Below, piece by piece: positions 34,243-45,149 of a stretch of DNA of 63,187 nt. The notes below the pieces were generated by a model that was not told where the DNA came from, did no database searches, and saw nothing but the letters and a program-made list of their open reading frames with translations. Within the stretch, counting starts at the first letter, position 1, and each line of letters starts with the position of its first letter. Source of the stretch: a virus (Duplodnaviria > Caudoviricetes); the IMG/VR virus record IMGVR_UViG_3300011339_000451, positions 1-63,187 of that record. One strand, 5' to 3'. Position numbers and translations under genes: made by a program.

Positions 34243-34892
34243 CGTACAACGAACTTGTCACCGCAGTACAGGACTACTGCGAGAACACTTTCCCAACTGC
34301 TGACATGAATGTTTTCATTAAGCAGGCTGAGCAACGCATCTATAACACGGTGCAACTTGCTAACTTACGAAAGAATGTGACAGGTTCGCTGACCCAAGGC
34401 AATAAGTACTTGGGTTGCCCAGAAGACTTTCTGTCTCCATACAGCTTGGCTATCTACCCAGCCGCTGGTGGTGACTTCTTGTTCTTGCTGAACAAAGATG
34501 TGAACTTCATGCGTGAAGCATATCCAAACCAAGCGACACAAGGCAAGCCTAAGCACTACGCTATCTTTGGCCCACAGTCCAATGATGTGAATGAATTAAC
34601 ATTCATGCTTGGCCCAACGCCAGATGCCGCTTACATGGCAGAGCTTCATTACTACTATTACCCAGAGTCAATTGTGACCGCAGGCCAGACTTGGCTGGGT
34701 GATAACTTTGATTCAGCTTTGCTGTACGGAACAATGTGTGAAGCCGTCACATACATGAAGGGCGAAGCAGATATGGTCAAGCTGTACCAAGACAGGTACG
34801 TTCAGGCTATTGCTCTGCTCAAGAACTTGGGTGATGGTAAACAACGTGCTGACGCTTATCGTGACGGCCAGACTAGGGTTCAAGTATCATGA
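34239..34892 (+). CDS. Putative head-tail connector protein
   Basis: MTYNEL...FIKQAEQRI...GPTPD...LLYG. Confidence 0.65.
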   Translation: MTYNELVTAVQDYCENTFPTADMNVFIKQAEQRIYNTVQLANLRKNVTGSLTQGNKYLGCPEDFLSPYSLAIYPAAGGDFLFLLNKDVNFMREAYPNQATQGKPKHYAIFGPQSNDVNELTFMLGPTPDAAYMAELHYYYYPESIVTAGQTWLGDNFDSALLYGTMCEAVTYMKGEADMVKLYQDRYVQAIALLKNLGDGKQRADAYRDGQTRVQVS

Positions 34893-35335
34893 GTATTCTT
34901 CAGGGCGCAACCACTTCGTTCAAGGTAGAACTGCTTCAGGCTGTTCACAACTTTGGCCCCACATCAGCAGACACTTTCAAGGTGGCTCTGTATACGGCCA
35001 GCGCAGACATTAACGCAAGCACCACAGTCTACTCAACTACCAATGAGGTAACGGGTACTGGGTACACGGCGGGTGGTAATACGTTGACAATTAGCACATC
35101 GCCTACGTCCGGAAACAATTCCAGCAATATTCCTACGGCTTACATTTCGTTTGCCAATACGTCTTGGACTGGCGCATCGTTTACTGCTCGTGCCGCTTTG
35201 ATTTACAACTCGTCTGAAAGCAACAAGTCTGTAGCTGTGTTGGACTTTGGTACAGACAAAACAGTGTCCAACGACACATTCCAGATCATCTTCCCAACGC
35301 CCGATGCCAATAGCGCTATCGTTCGTATTTCGTAA
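34889..35335 (+). CDS. Putative tail protein
   Basis: FKVALYT...GYTAGG...VLDFG. Confidence 0.7.
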   Translation: MSILQGATTSFKVELLQAVHNFGPTSADTFKVALYTASADINASTTVYSTTNEVTGTGYTAGGNTLTISTSPTSGNNSSNIPTAYISFANTSWTGASFTARAALIYNSSESNKSVAVLDFGTDKTVSNDTFQIIFPTPDANSAIVRIS

Positions 35336-35344
35336 GGACACATC

Positions 35345-35914
35345 ATGAGTATTGATTTTGGCAAAGCCGCAGACAAGTTTGACGCAGTTATGTCAACGAC
35401 TGGCAAAGAAAATGATGCCTTGCAAGCAGGCGGTGTGTTCACTGTTACTTGCCATGATGCTGATGGTAACTTTAAGTGGGAAGACACATTTCACAACTTA
35501 GTGCCAAGCGCTGGTTTACAGTACATGAGCGCCAGCTTCTTTACTGCTACGGGATATACCACTGCTCTATACTTTGGTTTGATTACTGGCCCCGGCTCTG
35601 GCACTGCTTACGCCGCTGGCGACACATTGGCAAGCCATGCCGGTTGGACAGAAAACACTGATTACTCCGGTGGCCGCAAGTCTATTGGCTTCGGCACACC
35701 AACAACAGCCACGCCATCCGTGACGGTTGGTACAGGTGCTACATCATTTACCATGACTGGATCGGCAACTATTGCAGGCGCTTTTGTGACCAACGCTTCT
35801 AGTGGCACATCTGGTGTTTTGTTTGCTGAAGGCGACTTTACTGGTGGTGATAAGTCTGTGACTACAGGTGACTCATTGGCAGTCACTTACACTTTTTCCC
35901 TGACAGCTTCTTAA
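35345..35914 (+). CDS. Putative tail protein
   Basis: Thr/Gly-rich; SHAGWTE. Confidence 0.7.
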   Translation: MSIDFGKAADKFDAVMSTTGKENDALQAGGVFTVTCHDADGNFKWEDTFHNLVPSAGLQYMSASFFTATGYTTALYFGLITGPGSGTAYAAGDTLASHAGWTENTDYSGGRKSIGFGTPTTATPSVTVGTGATSFTMTGSATIAGAFVTNASSGTSGVLFAEGDFTGGDKSVTTGDSLAVTYTFSLTAS

Positions 35915-35923
35915 AGGCAGGCT

Positions 35924-36364
35924 GTGTTTGGATATGCCGCATTAGCCCAAGCACCATTCGCCTCCCTTGGCGAGTCGTCGATGCCTGTGGATTTTGCGGA
36001 TACGGCAACAATTTCAACAACAACATCACCAAGTTTATCGTTTGGTGGGGTTTTAACAGACGCGGCAACGCTGTCTGATTCTGTTAACGCCGCCGCCGCA
36101 TATCTTGTTTATATTGCAGATACCGCAACGGGGACGGATACATTCTCTGCGGTTGCAGGCTACAGCGTTGGAATAACCGATACAGCAACAATTACAGATA
36201 CGCCAACAGTAACTGCAACAATTAATGTTTCTGTTACTGGAATTCAGCTAACTGTTTACATTGGTGGAGTGCTTGTCTGGGCGGTAATTGATGACAGTCA
36301 GAACCCAAACTGGCAAAATATCAACAGTGCACAAACACCCGGTTGGAACAACCTACCGTCGTAA
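35924..36364 (+). CDS. Putative tail-associated protein
   Basis: DTAT repeats. Confidence 0.65.
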   Translation: MFGYAALAQAPFASLGESSMPVDFADTATISTTTSPSLSFGGVLTDAATLSDSVNAAAAYLVYIADTATGTDTFSAVAGYSVGITDTATITDTPTVTATINVSVTGIQLTVYIGGVLVWAVIDDSQNPNWQNINSAQTPGWNNLPS

Positions 36365-36373
36365 GGAATACAA

Positions 36374-37840
36374 ATGGCTCTCGTTCTAAAAGACCGTGTA
36401 AAAGAAACGTCCACCACCGCCGGGACAGGCACACTAACGCTTGCTGGAGCCGCCGCAGGCTTTCAGTCTTTCTCTGCCATTGGTAACGGCAATACAACCT
36501 ACTACGCCATCGTTGACTCCACAGCGGGTACATGGGAAGTAGGTATTGGTACATACACATCTTCTGGTACAACCCTTTCCCGCGACACAGTTTTATCGTC
36601 CAGCAACAGCGGCTCGTTGGTTACATTCTCATCTAACTCCAAGGATGTATTTGTAACTTACCCGTCTGAACGAGCCGTCTACGAAGATGCTTCCAGCGTA
36701 GTTGTACAGCAATCGTTCGGTGCAATCACTGCCACTTCTGCGGCTTTGACAACCGGCACAGTCTCTACAACTCCTGCATCAAACACAGATATTGCCAACA
36801 AACAGTACGTGGATGGTTTGGTCACTCAAGGTATTTCATACCATGAGCCTGTATTCGTAGAGTCTCCCAACACTGCGGGTAACTTAAACGCCACGTACAA
36901 CAACGGCACGGCTGGTGTTGGCGCTACGCTGACCAATGCAGGTACACAAGCCGCTTTGACTGTTGACGGCATCCTAATGACCGTTGGCAAGCGGGTACTA
37001 ATTTATAACCAAACAGCGCAAGCTCAGAACGGCGTTTACACGGTTACGACTGTGGGCGATGGTTCTACAAACTGGGTGCTTACTCGCGCTACAGACGCAA
37101 ACACCTACGGCCTACGTGACCCAAATGCTTTGGGCTACAACGATGCGTTCTTTGTTACCAACGGGAATACAGGCGCTGGTGAGACATACGTCTGCACAAC
37201 TACAGGCACTATTACCTTTGGCACAACAGCCATTACCTTTGCCCAGATTAGTTCTGCGCAGGTGTACTCTGCCGGTACAGGTTTAAACCTTTCTCCGGCT
37301 ACCACGTTTAACATCGCTAACACCGCAGTAACTGCTGGCGCATACGGCAGTAGCACACAGGTTGGTAACTTTGAAGTTAACGCTCAAGGTCAGTTGGTGT
37401 CTGCTGGTAATGTGTCGATCAACATCGCGGCTTCGCAGGTTTCCTCTGGTACGCTGGCGGTAGCTCAAGGTGGTACAAACATTGGCTCCTACACTACAGG
37501 CGATATCTTGTATGCGTCTGCGTCAGGTGTTCTGTCTAAGTTAACTCTGGGCACAAACGGCTATGTACTTACTGCCGGGGCATCGGCTCCAGCTTACGTG
37601 GCGGCAAGCACTCTGTCTGTTGGTTCAGCAACTACAGCAACAACTGCTACAAACTTGGCAGGCGGTGCGGCCAATAGAATTGCCTATCAGACAGGCTCTG
37701 GTGCAACAGGCTTTGTGGCGGCTCCAATAACTTCAGGGGATGTTGTTTCTTGGAACGGCTCATCTATTGTGTGGTCTACACCATCTGCTGGCGCTACTCA
37801 GGCAAAAGCCACAGTTATTTCATTGATCTTCGGCCTATAA
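36374..37840 (+). CDS. Tail fibre protein
   Basis: MALVLKDRVKET...WEVGIG; NKQYVD; NGVY...LTRATDA; LAVAQGGT. Confidence 0.8.
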   Translation: MALVLKDRVKETSTTAGTGTLTLAGAAAGFQSFSAIGNGNTTYYAIVDSTAGTWEVGIGTYTSSGTTLSRDTVLSSSNSGSLVTFSSNSKDVFVTYPSERAVYEDASSVVVQQSFGAITATSAALTTGTVSTTPASNTDIANKQYVDGLVTQGISYHEPVFVESPNTAGNLNATYNNGTAGVGATLTNAGTQAALTVDGILMTVGKRVLIYNQTAQAQNGVYTVTTVGDGSTNWVLTRATDANTYGLRDPNALGYNDAFFVTNGNTGAGETYVCTTTGTITFGTTAITFAQISSAQVYSAGTGLNLSPATTFNIANTAVTAGAYGSSTQVGNFEVNAQGQLVSAGNVSINIAASQVSSGTLAVAQGGTNIGSYTTGDILYASASGVLSKLTLGTNGYVLTAGASAPAYVAASTLSVGSATTATTATNLAGGAANRIAYQTGSGATGFVAAPITSGDVVSWNGSSIVWSTPSAGATQAKATVISLIFGL

Positions 37841-37849
37841 GGAAACGAA

Positions 37850-38245
37850 ATGGCAAACCCAAATATTCTAGCCGCAACGCTTGCATACGGCACAACTACT
37901 TACTTCACTCCGTCTGGCACGACAGCAGTGGTGCTTTTGGCTAACGCCGCTTCTTCCGGCAAGGTCTATAAGATCAATCAGATTGTGGCGGCCAACGTCA
38001 ATGGTTCTGCGGCTGTTAATGCTACGGTGTCGATCTACACCAACGGCGCAGTGGCTCAAGGTTCTGCTCCTTCTGGCGGTACGGCATACCCAATTGCGTC
38101 CACAATCTCAGTACCAGCAAATGCCTCTTTGATTGTTGTTGATAAAACCACGGCAATTTATTTGCAAGAAGGTACATCAATCAGTGTGACTTCAGGCACA
38201 GCCAGCGGTATCACATATAGCATCTCTTACGAGGATATGAGCTAA
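37850..38245 (+). CDS. Tail-fibre-associated protein
   Basis: MANPNI...ISYE; position. Confidence 0.7.
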   Translation: MANPNILAATLAYGTTTYFTPSGTTAVVLLANAASSGKVYKINQIVAANVNGSAAVNATVSIYTNGAVAQGSAPSGGTAYPIASTISVPANASLIVVDKTTAIYLQEGTSISVTSGTASGITYSISYEDMS

Positions 38246-39501
38246 TGTCATTGCGCTACCGAGGCGGGATTCTGTCAGATTCATTTAATGGATTGTTGGC
38301 TCCTGATGCGCCTACGATTGGTACGGCGACAGCCGGTAGCGCCGCCGCCTCTGTTGCTTTTACAGCGCCATCAAATATCGGTGGCGGAGCAATTACAAGT
38401 TATACAGTTTTATCTTCACCCGGCGGGTTTGTTGGTACTGGGTCATCTTCGCCCATTACAGTTAGCGGATTGACAAACGGAACTGCTTACACATTTACTG
38501 TGTTTGCAAACAACACGTATGGAAACAGTCCGGCAAGTGCGGCGAGTAATAGCGCAACACCTGTAGCGTATTCAGGCCCAACAGCAATTGATGTGCTTGT
38601 TGTTGCGGGTGGCGGCTCTGGTGGTGGGACACTTATTTCCGGCGGTGGGGGCGGCGGCGGTCTTTGCTACCAAACTAGCCGTTCAGTTTCTGGTGGTACA
38701 GCTTATACAGTTACCGTTGGTGCTGGCGGTGCGGCACGGGGCGGGGATACTGGCCCCGGCTACCAAGGATCAAGCTCTGTATTTGACACAATTACCGCAA
38801 TTGGCGGAGCCGGTGGTGCGGGGGCATCAAGTGGAATGCCAGCGACTGCTGGTGGATCTGGTGCAGGCGGTTCTTATTCTGGGGCTACCGCCGCTTCTTC
38901 TGCATCACAGGGCAATTCTGGCGGTGCTACTGGATATGGTTTTGCTGGTGGCGCTGGCGGCATATCAGGAAACAACTACTACGCTGGTGGCGGAGGTGGT
39001 GCTGGCGCGGCTGGCGCGGCTGGCTTCCCATCTGGCGGAGGTAATGGCGGCGCAGGCGGCGCTGGTCGTCAGTATGATATTTCTGGAACATCGCTTTACT
39101 ATTCCGGTGGCGGTGGTGGAGGTGGTGGTGGCGACTGCGGAACGTACAACATAGGCGGTAATGGCGGCGCTGGCGGCGGTGGCGGTGCCTCCGTTTACTA
39201 CAGTTGTAGCGGTAGTGGTGTAGCAGGTACTGGCGGCTCAAATGGCGGCCAAAACGGTATTGTCCGTGGTGGATACACTTCTGCTAATGATGGTGGCGCA
39301 GGTGGAACCAACTCAGGCGGCGGTGGTGGCGGTTGCGGAACTTCTTCTGGTGTTTCCGGCGCGGGTGGTTCTGGTGTTGTTATTTTGCGGTATCCTGATA
39401 CCTACGCTTTGGCTACATCCACCACAGGTTCTCCGACAATCACAACCACGGGCGGCTATCGTATTTATAAATTTACCGGCTCCGGCTCAATAACCTTCTG
39501 A
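38245..39501 (+). CDS. Fibronectin type III plus glycine-rich protein (putative receptor-binding)
   Basis: PDAPTIGTA...GLTNGTAYTFTV.A.N; VVAGGG...GGSGVVILRY. Confidence 0.8.
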   Translation: MSLRYRGGILSDSFNGLLAPDAPTIGTATAGSAAASVAFTAPSNIGGGAITSYTVLSSPGGFVGTGSSSPITVSGLTNGTAYTFTVFANNTYGNSPASAASNSATPVAYSGPTAIDVLVVAGGGSGGGTLISGGGGGGGLCYQTSRSVSGGTAYTVTVGAGGAARGGDTGPGYQGSSSVFDTITAIGGAGGAGASSGMPATAGGSGAGGSYSGATAASSASQGNSGGATGYGFAGGAGGISGNNYYAGGGGGAGAAGAAGFPSGGGNGGAGGAGRQYDISGTSLYYSGGGGGGGGGDCGTYNIGGNGGAGGGGGASVYYSCSGSGVAGTGGSNGGQNGIVRGGYTSANDGGAGGTNSGGGGGGCGTSSGVSGAGGSGVVILRYPDTYALATSTTGSPTITTTGGYRIYKFTGSGSITF

Positions 39502-39508
39502 GGACAGA

Positions 39509-40657
39509 ATGCCTAATTACTCAGGAATGTGGACTCGCACACAGCAGATGCAGGCTATTGCGGCAAGCACTTGGACAGTTCCTCCCGGTGCCCCAACGAT
39601 TGGCACAGCCACAGCGGGTAATGCTAGTGCGTCAGTTACTTTTACAGCGCCAGCAAATGCAGGTATTCCAGCAGTAATCACTGGGTACACTGTTACATCT
39701 AGCCCCGGTGGTTTTACTGGTACAGGCGCATCATCACCTATCACTGTTTCTGGGTTAACAAACGGCACTGCATATACTTTTACTGTTAGAGCAAGCAACG
39801 CCAGTGGCCCCGGCGCACCAAGTGCGGCAAGTAATTCAGTAACTCCCGTTGCATCAACCAGCATTAGTTATTTGATTGTTGCTGGCGGTGGCGGCGCGGG
39901 CCTTGCGTCTGACTATGTTGGTGGCGGTGGCGGTGGTGGCGGATTTGTTTCGGGCACTAGCACCATATCGGGCGGTACAACGCTTACCGTTACTGTAGGC
40001 GCTGGCGGTACGCCATCAACAGCATCTGGTGTTCCCGGAACTCAAGGTGGCAACTCTTCATTGACTGGATTTACTACCGCAATTGGTGGTGGTTATGGCG
40101 GCGCTGGTACTGGCGGCTCTGGTGGCGGCGGTGGAAGTTTTCCTTCAGGACAAGCTGGGGGAGCCGGTACTTCTGGGCAAGGTTATGCTGGAGGCGCAGG
40201 CTATCGCTCTGGTAGTGAATGGTATCGTGACGGCGGTGGTGGTGGAGCTGGTCAAGTTGGTGGAAATGCTTCTACTTTGGCTTCCCCGTCTTATACTGGC
40301 GCAGGTGGTAACGGGCTTGCTTCTTCTATTACAGGCACATCCACGTATTATGCTGGCGGTGGAGCTGGTGGAAGTTGGGCAAGACCGGGCAATGGGCTTG
40401 ATACTGGAAGTGCCGGAGGATTAGGAGGTGGCGGAGCAGGCGGGGCAGGCGGTGCTACTGGTGTTGCTGGCGTTGCTGGCACGACTAACTCTGGTGGCGG
40501 TGGTGGTGGCGGTTCACCTGCGGCGGCTGGTGGTTCGGGCGTTGTTATTATTTCTGCGGCAACTGCGGCATCATCCACAACTGGATCCCCAACGGTTACA
40601 ACTTCTGGCGGTAACACTATTTACAAATTTACCGGTTCTGGTTCAATCACATTCTGA
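39509..40657 (+). CDS. Fibronectin type III plus glycine-rich protein, paralog
   Basis: Same architecture and identical C-terminal IYKFTGSGSITF. Confidence 0.8.
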   Translation: MPNYSGMWTRTQQMQAIAASTWTVPPGAPTIGTATAGNASASVTFTAPANAGIPAVITGYTVTSSPGGFTGTGASSPITVSGLTNGTAYTFTVRASNASGPGAPSAASNSVTPVASTSISYLIVAGGGGAGLASDYVGGGGGGGGFVSGTSTISGGTTLTVTVGAGGTPSTASGVPGTQGGNSSLTGFTTAIGGGYGGAGTGGSGGGGGSFPSGQAGGAGTSGQGYAGGAGYRSGSEWYRDGGGGGAGQVGGNASTLASPSYTGAGGNGLASSITGTSTYYAGGGAGGSWARPGNGLDTGSAGGLGGGGAGGAGGATGVAGVAGTTNSGGGGGGGSPAAAGGSGVVIISAATAASSTTGSPTVTTSGGNTIYKFTGSGSITF

Positions 40658-40665
40658 GGTACAAC

Positions 40666-41025
40666 ATGAGTCATTTTGCAAAAGTAGAAAACGGTATCGT
40701 CACACAAGTTATTGTGGCCGAGCAAGATGTTATTGATTCTGGTTTATTTGGTACTGGCTGGGTACAAACTTCGTACAACACTTACGGCGGCCAACATCCT
40801 GAAGGTCGTCCGTTGCGTAAAAACTACGCAGGTGTTGGTTACACATACGATGAACAACGTGATGCATTTATTGCCCCACAACCATACCCAAGCTGGGTGT
40901 TAAATGAAGATACTTGCATTTGGGAAGCCCCCGTACCAATGCCAACTAACAAGATTCTTTTAAGTGGAGCGGCTGTTAAGTTTACTTGGGATGAGCCAAC
41001 AACATCTTGGGTTGAGGTGGTTTAA
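40666..41025 (+). CDS. Tail-fibre-associated protein
   Basis: MSHFAK...QTSYN...RKNYAG...DAFIAPQPYPSW. Confidence 0.75.
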   Translation: MSHFAKVENGIVTQVIVAEQDVIDSGLFGTGWVQTSYNTYGGQHPEGRPLRKNYAGVGYTYDEQRDAFIAPQPYPSWVLNEDTCIWEAPVPMPTNKILLSGAAVKFTWDEPTTSWVEVV

Positions 41026-43157
41026 TGTCTAAACAATTCCCCGGTGGGTTGATAACCAAAACCCCAGTCACACCGGCTGGGCCTTACCAAACTGGTGCGG
41101 CTCCGGGTATTTGGACGCTTGCTGAACAAGCATATTGGAATAAACAGGGTCTGTGGCCGACTGCCGGGTTAAACCCAACAGATCCATATTTTCCTTATGT
41201 GACTGCGCTCTTTCATGGTGATGGAACTAATGGCGCACAGAACAATACATTCTTAGACTCATCCACAAACAACTTCACCATTACTCGTAATGGCAATACA
41301 ACCCAAGGCACATTCACGCCTTATGGGTCTAATTGGTCTAATTATTTTAATGGATCAAGTTCTTTTTTAACAATGACGGGTTCTGCCGCAACCAACTTTT
41401 CAGGCGTGGACTGGACTGTTGAAACTTGGGTTTATTCAAACGACGCACCACCTGCAGATTACACCTATATTATTCAGTCGCAAACTGGAGCAAACAACTG
41501 GCTACCGTATTTAGGTTTAGGGTTGATGGTTAATGGCAGGATTAACTGCGCCCTGAATGCCGCAAATTACACAAGTACTCAAACAATTAACTTTAATGCT
41601 TGGAACCATTTGGCAATGGTTCGTAGTGGCGGCGTTGTAAAACTCTATATTAATGGTGTGGCAAGTAGTGTTTCTGCTACGGTGGATATAAACAATTCCA
41701 ATTTAAGTTTTTGGTTTGGTAAAGTAGACAACACCCCCGGTGGTGGCGGCTATATTTATTATTTAAATGGCTATTTATCAAACATTCGTTTTGTAAAAGG
41801 CACGGCTGTTTACACAAGTAACTTTACTGTGCCGACAGCTCCGCTAACAGCAATAACAAATACATCTTTGTTGACTTGTCAAAGCAACCGCTTCATTGAT
41901 AACAGCACAAATGCATTTACGATTACGTCAACAAACGCAACTGTTCAACGCTTCAGCCCATTTAGCCCTACAACTGCCTACTCCACAAGCGTGATTGGTG
42001 GCTCTGGGTACTTTGATGGTAGTGATGAATTAACCTTTACAACTAATTCTTCATTAGAGTTTGGTACAGGGAATTTTACAATTGAGTTTTGGGTGTACGG
42101 TGCTTTAAATAATGACAAGGCATTTTTGGAGACTCGCCCAGCCACAAGTGGATCAATGCACATTACAACTGGTGGGTATGGTGGCACAACGCCGGGGTGT
42201 TTGCGTTTTGTAACATCGGCTGGCACGCTTACATCTGGTTCTGTTTTGATTACTAACGGAGCATGGAATCATTGTGCAATAGTTAGAAGTTCTGGAACGG
42301 TCACTCTTTATGTAAACGGTGTTTCAACCACATCAGGTTCTGTTACAACCAATTTTACGGGGACAGGCACTTGGTATATTGGTTCATTAAATGGCGCAGT
42401 GTATCTCAATGCAAATTTGGCAGATTTCAGAATTGTTAAAGGAACGGCTGTTTATACAAGCAACTTTACACCGCCAACAGCGCCATTAACTGCAATCACA
42501 AACACATCATTGCTTCTGTCTTACACCAACGCTGGCATCTTAGACAACGCCATGATTAGCGATCAGGAAACTGTGGGTAATGCGCAAATTTCCACCAGCG
42601 TCTACAAATATGGCACGGGGTCAATGTCATTTGATGGCACTGATGATCGCTTAGTGTCTGTGGCTAATCCCGGGTTTGCATTTGGCACAGGGAATTTTAC
42701 GGTTGAGTGTTGGATTAACCCAAATAACGTATCCGGCGCATCGCAACTTGGCTTCTTGCAAACTTCAACAAGTGCTGGCGGATTGCAAACGGCCTATACC
42801 ACGGGAATTATTATTGCAGTTGGCATGAATGCCGCTGGCGGCGCTCTAACAGGCGGCCTTTTGACCAATGTAGCTGGTACAAACGTAGGTTCAAATTCCG
42901 CTGTTTTAGCTACAGGAACTTGGTATCACATTGCCGTTGTTCGTAACAGTGGGGCTGTTACAGTTTATGTAAATGGAAATGTACACGCCACTGGAACTGC
43001 GGCTGGTAATTGCACAGGGCAGAACCTTTGTATTGGTGGCTATTACAGCACAAGTTATTTATATAACGGCTACATAGATGACTTACGAATCACCAAGGGC
43101 ATAGCTCGGTACACCACAACGTTTACACCCCCGACTAGCGCATTCCCTGACCAGTGA
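41025..43157 (+). CDS. Concanavalin A-like lectin / LamG triple-domain protein
   Basis: Three repeats of (W/F)T(V/I)E.W...W.H.A.VR..G.V..Y.NG. Confidence 0.85.
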   Translation: MSKQFPGGLITKTPVTPAGPYQTGAAPGIWTLAEQAYWNKQGLWPTAGLNPTDPYFPYVTALFHGDGTNGAQNNTFLDSSTNNFTITRNGNTTQGTFTPYGSNWSNYFNGSSSFLTMTGSAATNFSGVDWTVETWVYSNDAPPADYTYIIQSQTGANNWLPYLGLGLMVNGRINCALNAANYTSTQTINFNAWNHLAMVRSGGVVKLYINGVASSVSATVDINNSNLSFWFGKVDNTPGGGGYIYYLNGYLSNIRFVKGTAVYTSNFTVPTAPLTAITNTSLLTCQSNRFIDNSTNAFTITSTNATVQRFSPFSPTTAYSTSVIGGSGYFDGSDELTFTTNSSLEFGTGNFTIEFWVYGALNNDKAFLETRPATSGSMHITTGGYGGTTPGCLRFVTSAGTLTSGSVLITNGAWNHCAIVRSSGTVTLYVNGVSTTSGSVTTNFTGTGTWYIGSLNGAVYLNANLADFRIVKGTAVYTSNFTPPTAPLTAITNTSLLLSYTNAGILDNAMISDQETVGNAQISTSVYKYGTGSMSFDGTDDRLVSVANPGFAFGTGNFTVECWINPNNVSGASQLGFLQTSTSAGGLQTAYTTGIIIAVGMNAAGGALTGGLLTNVAGTNVGSNSAVLATGTWYHIAVVRNSGAVTVYVNGNVHATGTAAGNCTGQNLCIGGYYSTSYLYNGYIDDLRITKGIARYTTTFTPPTSAFPDQ

Positions 43158-43188
43158 ATACAATTACAGCAATTAACAAGGAACTGTT

Positions 43189-44175
43189 ATGTCCACATAT
43201 TCCAACCTAAAAATAGAGCTGATCGGCACGGGCGAACAGTCCGGCTCATGGGGCACTACAACCAATACCAACCTTGGAACAGCCGTTGAGCAGGCTCTGG
43301 TTGGTATGGCTACACTGGAAACAGGCGACTTTACATCCAACGTTGCAACACTTACGCTGTCCAACACCAACGCACTTCAGGATGCTCGGGCACTGTGTTT
43401 AAACATCACTGCCACCCTGAGCGCCGCAGGTACGGTCAACGTCCCAGCCATTGAGAAGCCTTACATTATTATCAATAACTCGTCTGGTGGTTATGCGGTA
43501 ACGGTCAAGGTGTCAGGTCAGACTGGTGTTTCTGTGCCGAATGGCAAGCGCACAGTGGTGTACAACAACGGCACGGACATAGGCAACCAGATTGATTATT
43601 TGTCTTCTTTGGCTATTGGCGGCACTTTAACTATTAGTACTCCTTTGGCTGTAGCTCAAGGTGGAACAGGATCTACTACAGCCGCAGATGCTCGTACAGC
43701 TTTGGCTGTTCCCGGCACAGCCGTAGCCAACACATTTACGGCAACACAAACATTAAGTGGTTCATCTTCAACATTGGCTTTGGTGCTTAAAAATGCGTCA
43801 GAAACCACAACAGTTTCAGCGACTGCCGCTACGGGAACTATCAATTACGATGTTTTAACGCAGTCAGTTTTGTATTACACAACCAATGCGTCTGGTAATT
43901 GGACTTTGAATTTGCGTGGCTCAAGTGGTACAACATTGGATTCGGTGATGTCTACAGGCCAAGCTTTAACAGTTGTCTTTATGGCGACTCAAGGCTCCAC
44001 TGCATATTACCAGTCAGCATTCACAATTGACGGCACTTCAGTAACTCCAAAATGGCAGGGTGGTGCGGCCATTTCGTCTGGAAACACCAACGCTGTTGAC
44101 ACTTACACGCTTACTGTTATTAAAACAGGCAGTGCGACGTTTACTGTGTTGGCCAGCCGAACACTGTTTGCATAA
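43189..44175 (+). CDS. Tail fibre protein
   Basis: MSTYS...GEQSGSWG.TTN.N; LAVAQGGTG; VTPKWQGG. Confidence 0.75.
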   Translation: MSTYSNLKIELIGTGEQSGSWGTTTNTNLGTAVEQALVGMATLETGDFTSNVATLTLSNTNALQDARALCLNITATLSAAGTVNVPAIEKPYIIINNSSGGYAVTVKVSGQTGVSVPNGKRTVVYNNGTDIGNQIDYLSSLAIGGTLTISTPLAVAQGGTGSTTAADARTALAVPGTAVANTFTATQTLSGSSSTLALVLKNASETTTVSATAATGTINYDVLTQSVLYYTTNASGNWTLNLRGSSGTTLDSVMSTGQALTVVFMATQGSTAYYQSAFTIDGTSVTPKWQGGAAISSGNTNAVDTYTLTVIKTGSATFTVLASRTLFA

Positions 44176-44184
44176 GGATAGTTT

Positions 44185-45129
44185 ATGCCATCCATCATTA
44201 CTTCTGGGGCGCTTTCTGCAACGGGCTACGGTTTTAACGCTTCATCAATAACCCCCGGAGCAACTTGGACGGCTGGGCCAACTGCCGCAAATACGTGGGG
44301 AACTGCGTGTAGCAGTGACGGTTCAAAAATGTATGTCGCCCGTAAGTTTTCATACATATACACATCAACTAACAGTGGGAAAAGTTGGTCAACAAGCTCC
44401 AGTGGCGTTCAATATTGGTCTGGTATAGCTTGCAGTCTTGATGGCGTAAAAGTAGCCGCCTGCACTGATGGTGGGTATATTTATACTTCGTCCGATAGCG
44501 GCGCAAACTGGACGCAACAAACCGGATCTGGGTCGCGGGGTTGGCAATGGATTGTATGTAGTAACAATGGAACCATACTACTAGCCCAAGAATTTGGCGG
44601 CTATCTTTATACATCTACAGACAGCGGCGTTACTTGGACTCAACGCACAAGTCCCGGAGTTCAAAATTGGAAAGGGTTGGCAATTAGCGGCAACGGTTCA
44701 ATCATGTATGCGGCGGCTGGTTATGCCGATTACATTTACAAATCTACAGATAGCGGTGCTACATGGAGCCAACTTTCAAGCCTTGGAGCTGGATTTTGGG
44801 AAGGAATAACTTGTAGCAGTGATGGCCAAATTGTTGCCACAATGAGTGGCTCAGGCTCAAGATATGTTAATTACTCCAGCAATGGAGGAACCACTTGGTC
44901 AACAACTCCCACATCTCCCGGATTATTTGAATCAATGGCTTGTAGTGGCAGTGGGCAAATTATGTTTGGCAGTGTAGGCAGTGGGCAAATTCAAGTATCA
45001 ACAGACTTTGGTGCAACTTGGACGGCTACTTCAAGCCCAACTACTTCGTGGTTTAGGGTTTCGTGTAATTCATCTGGCGCAGTTATTCTTGCGGGTTCAA
45101 GCAATTCGTATTGGTATTCATCGCCGTAA
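44185..45129 (+). CDS. Asp-box (BNR) repeat beta-propeller protein
   Basis: Repeated YTSxDSGxTW motifs. Confidence 0.8.
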   Translation: MPSIITSGALSATGYGFNASSITPGATWTAGPTAANTWGTACSSDGSKMYVARKFSYIYTSTNSGKSWSTSSSGVQYWSGIACSLDGVKVAACTDGGYIYTSSDSGANWTQQTGSGSRGWQWIVCSNNGTILLAQEFGGYLYTSTDSGVTWTQRTSPGVQNWKGLAISGNGSIMYAAAGYADYIYKSTDSGATWSQLSSLGAGFWEGITCSSDGQIVATMSGSGSRYVNYSSNGGTTWSTTPTSPGLFESMACSGSGQIMFGSVGSGQIQVSTDFGATWTATSSPTTSWFRVSCNSSGAVILAGSSNSYWYSSP

Positions 45130-45149
45130 TTTGATTTGATGTTTAAATC

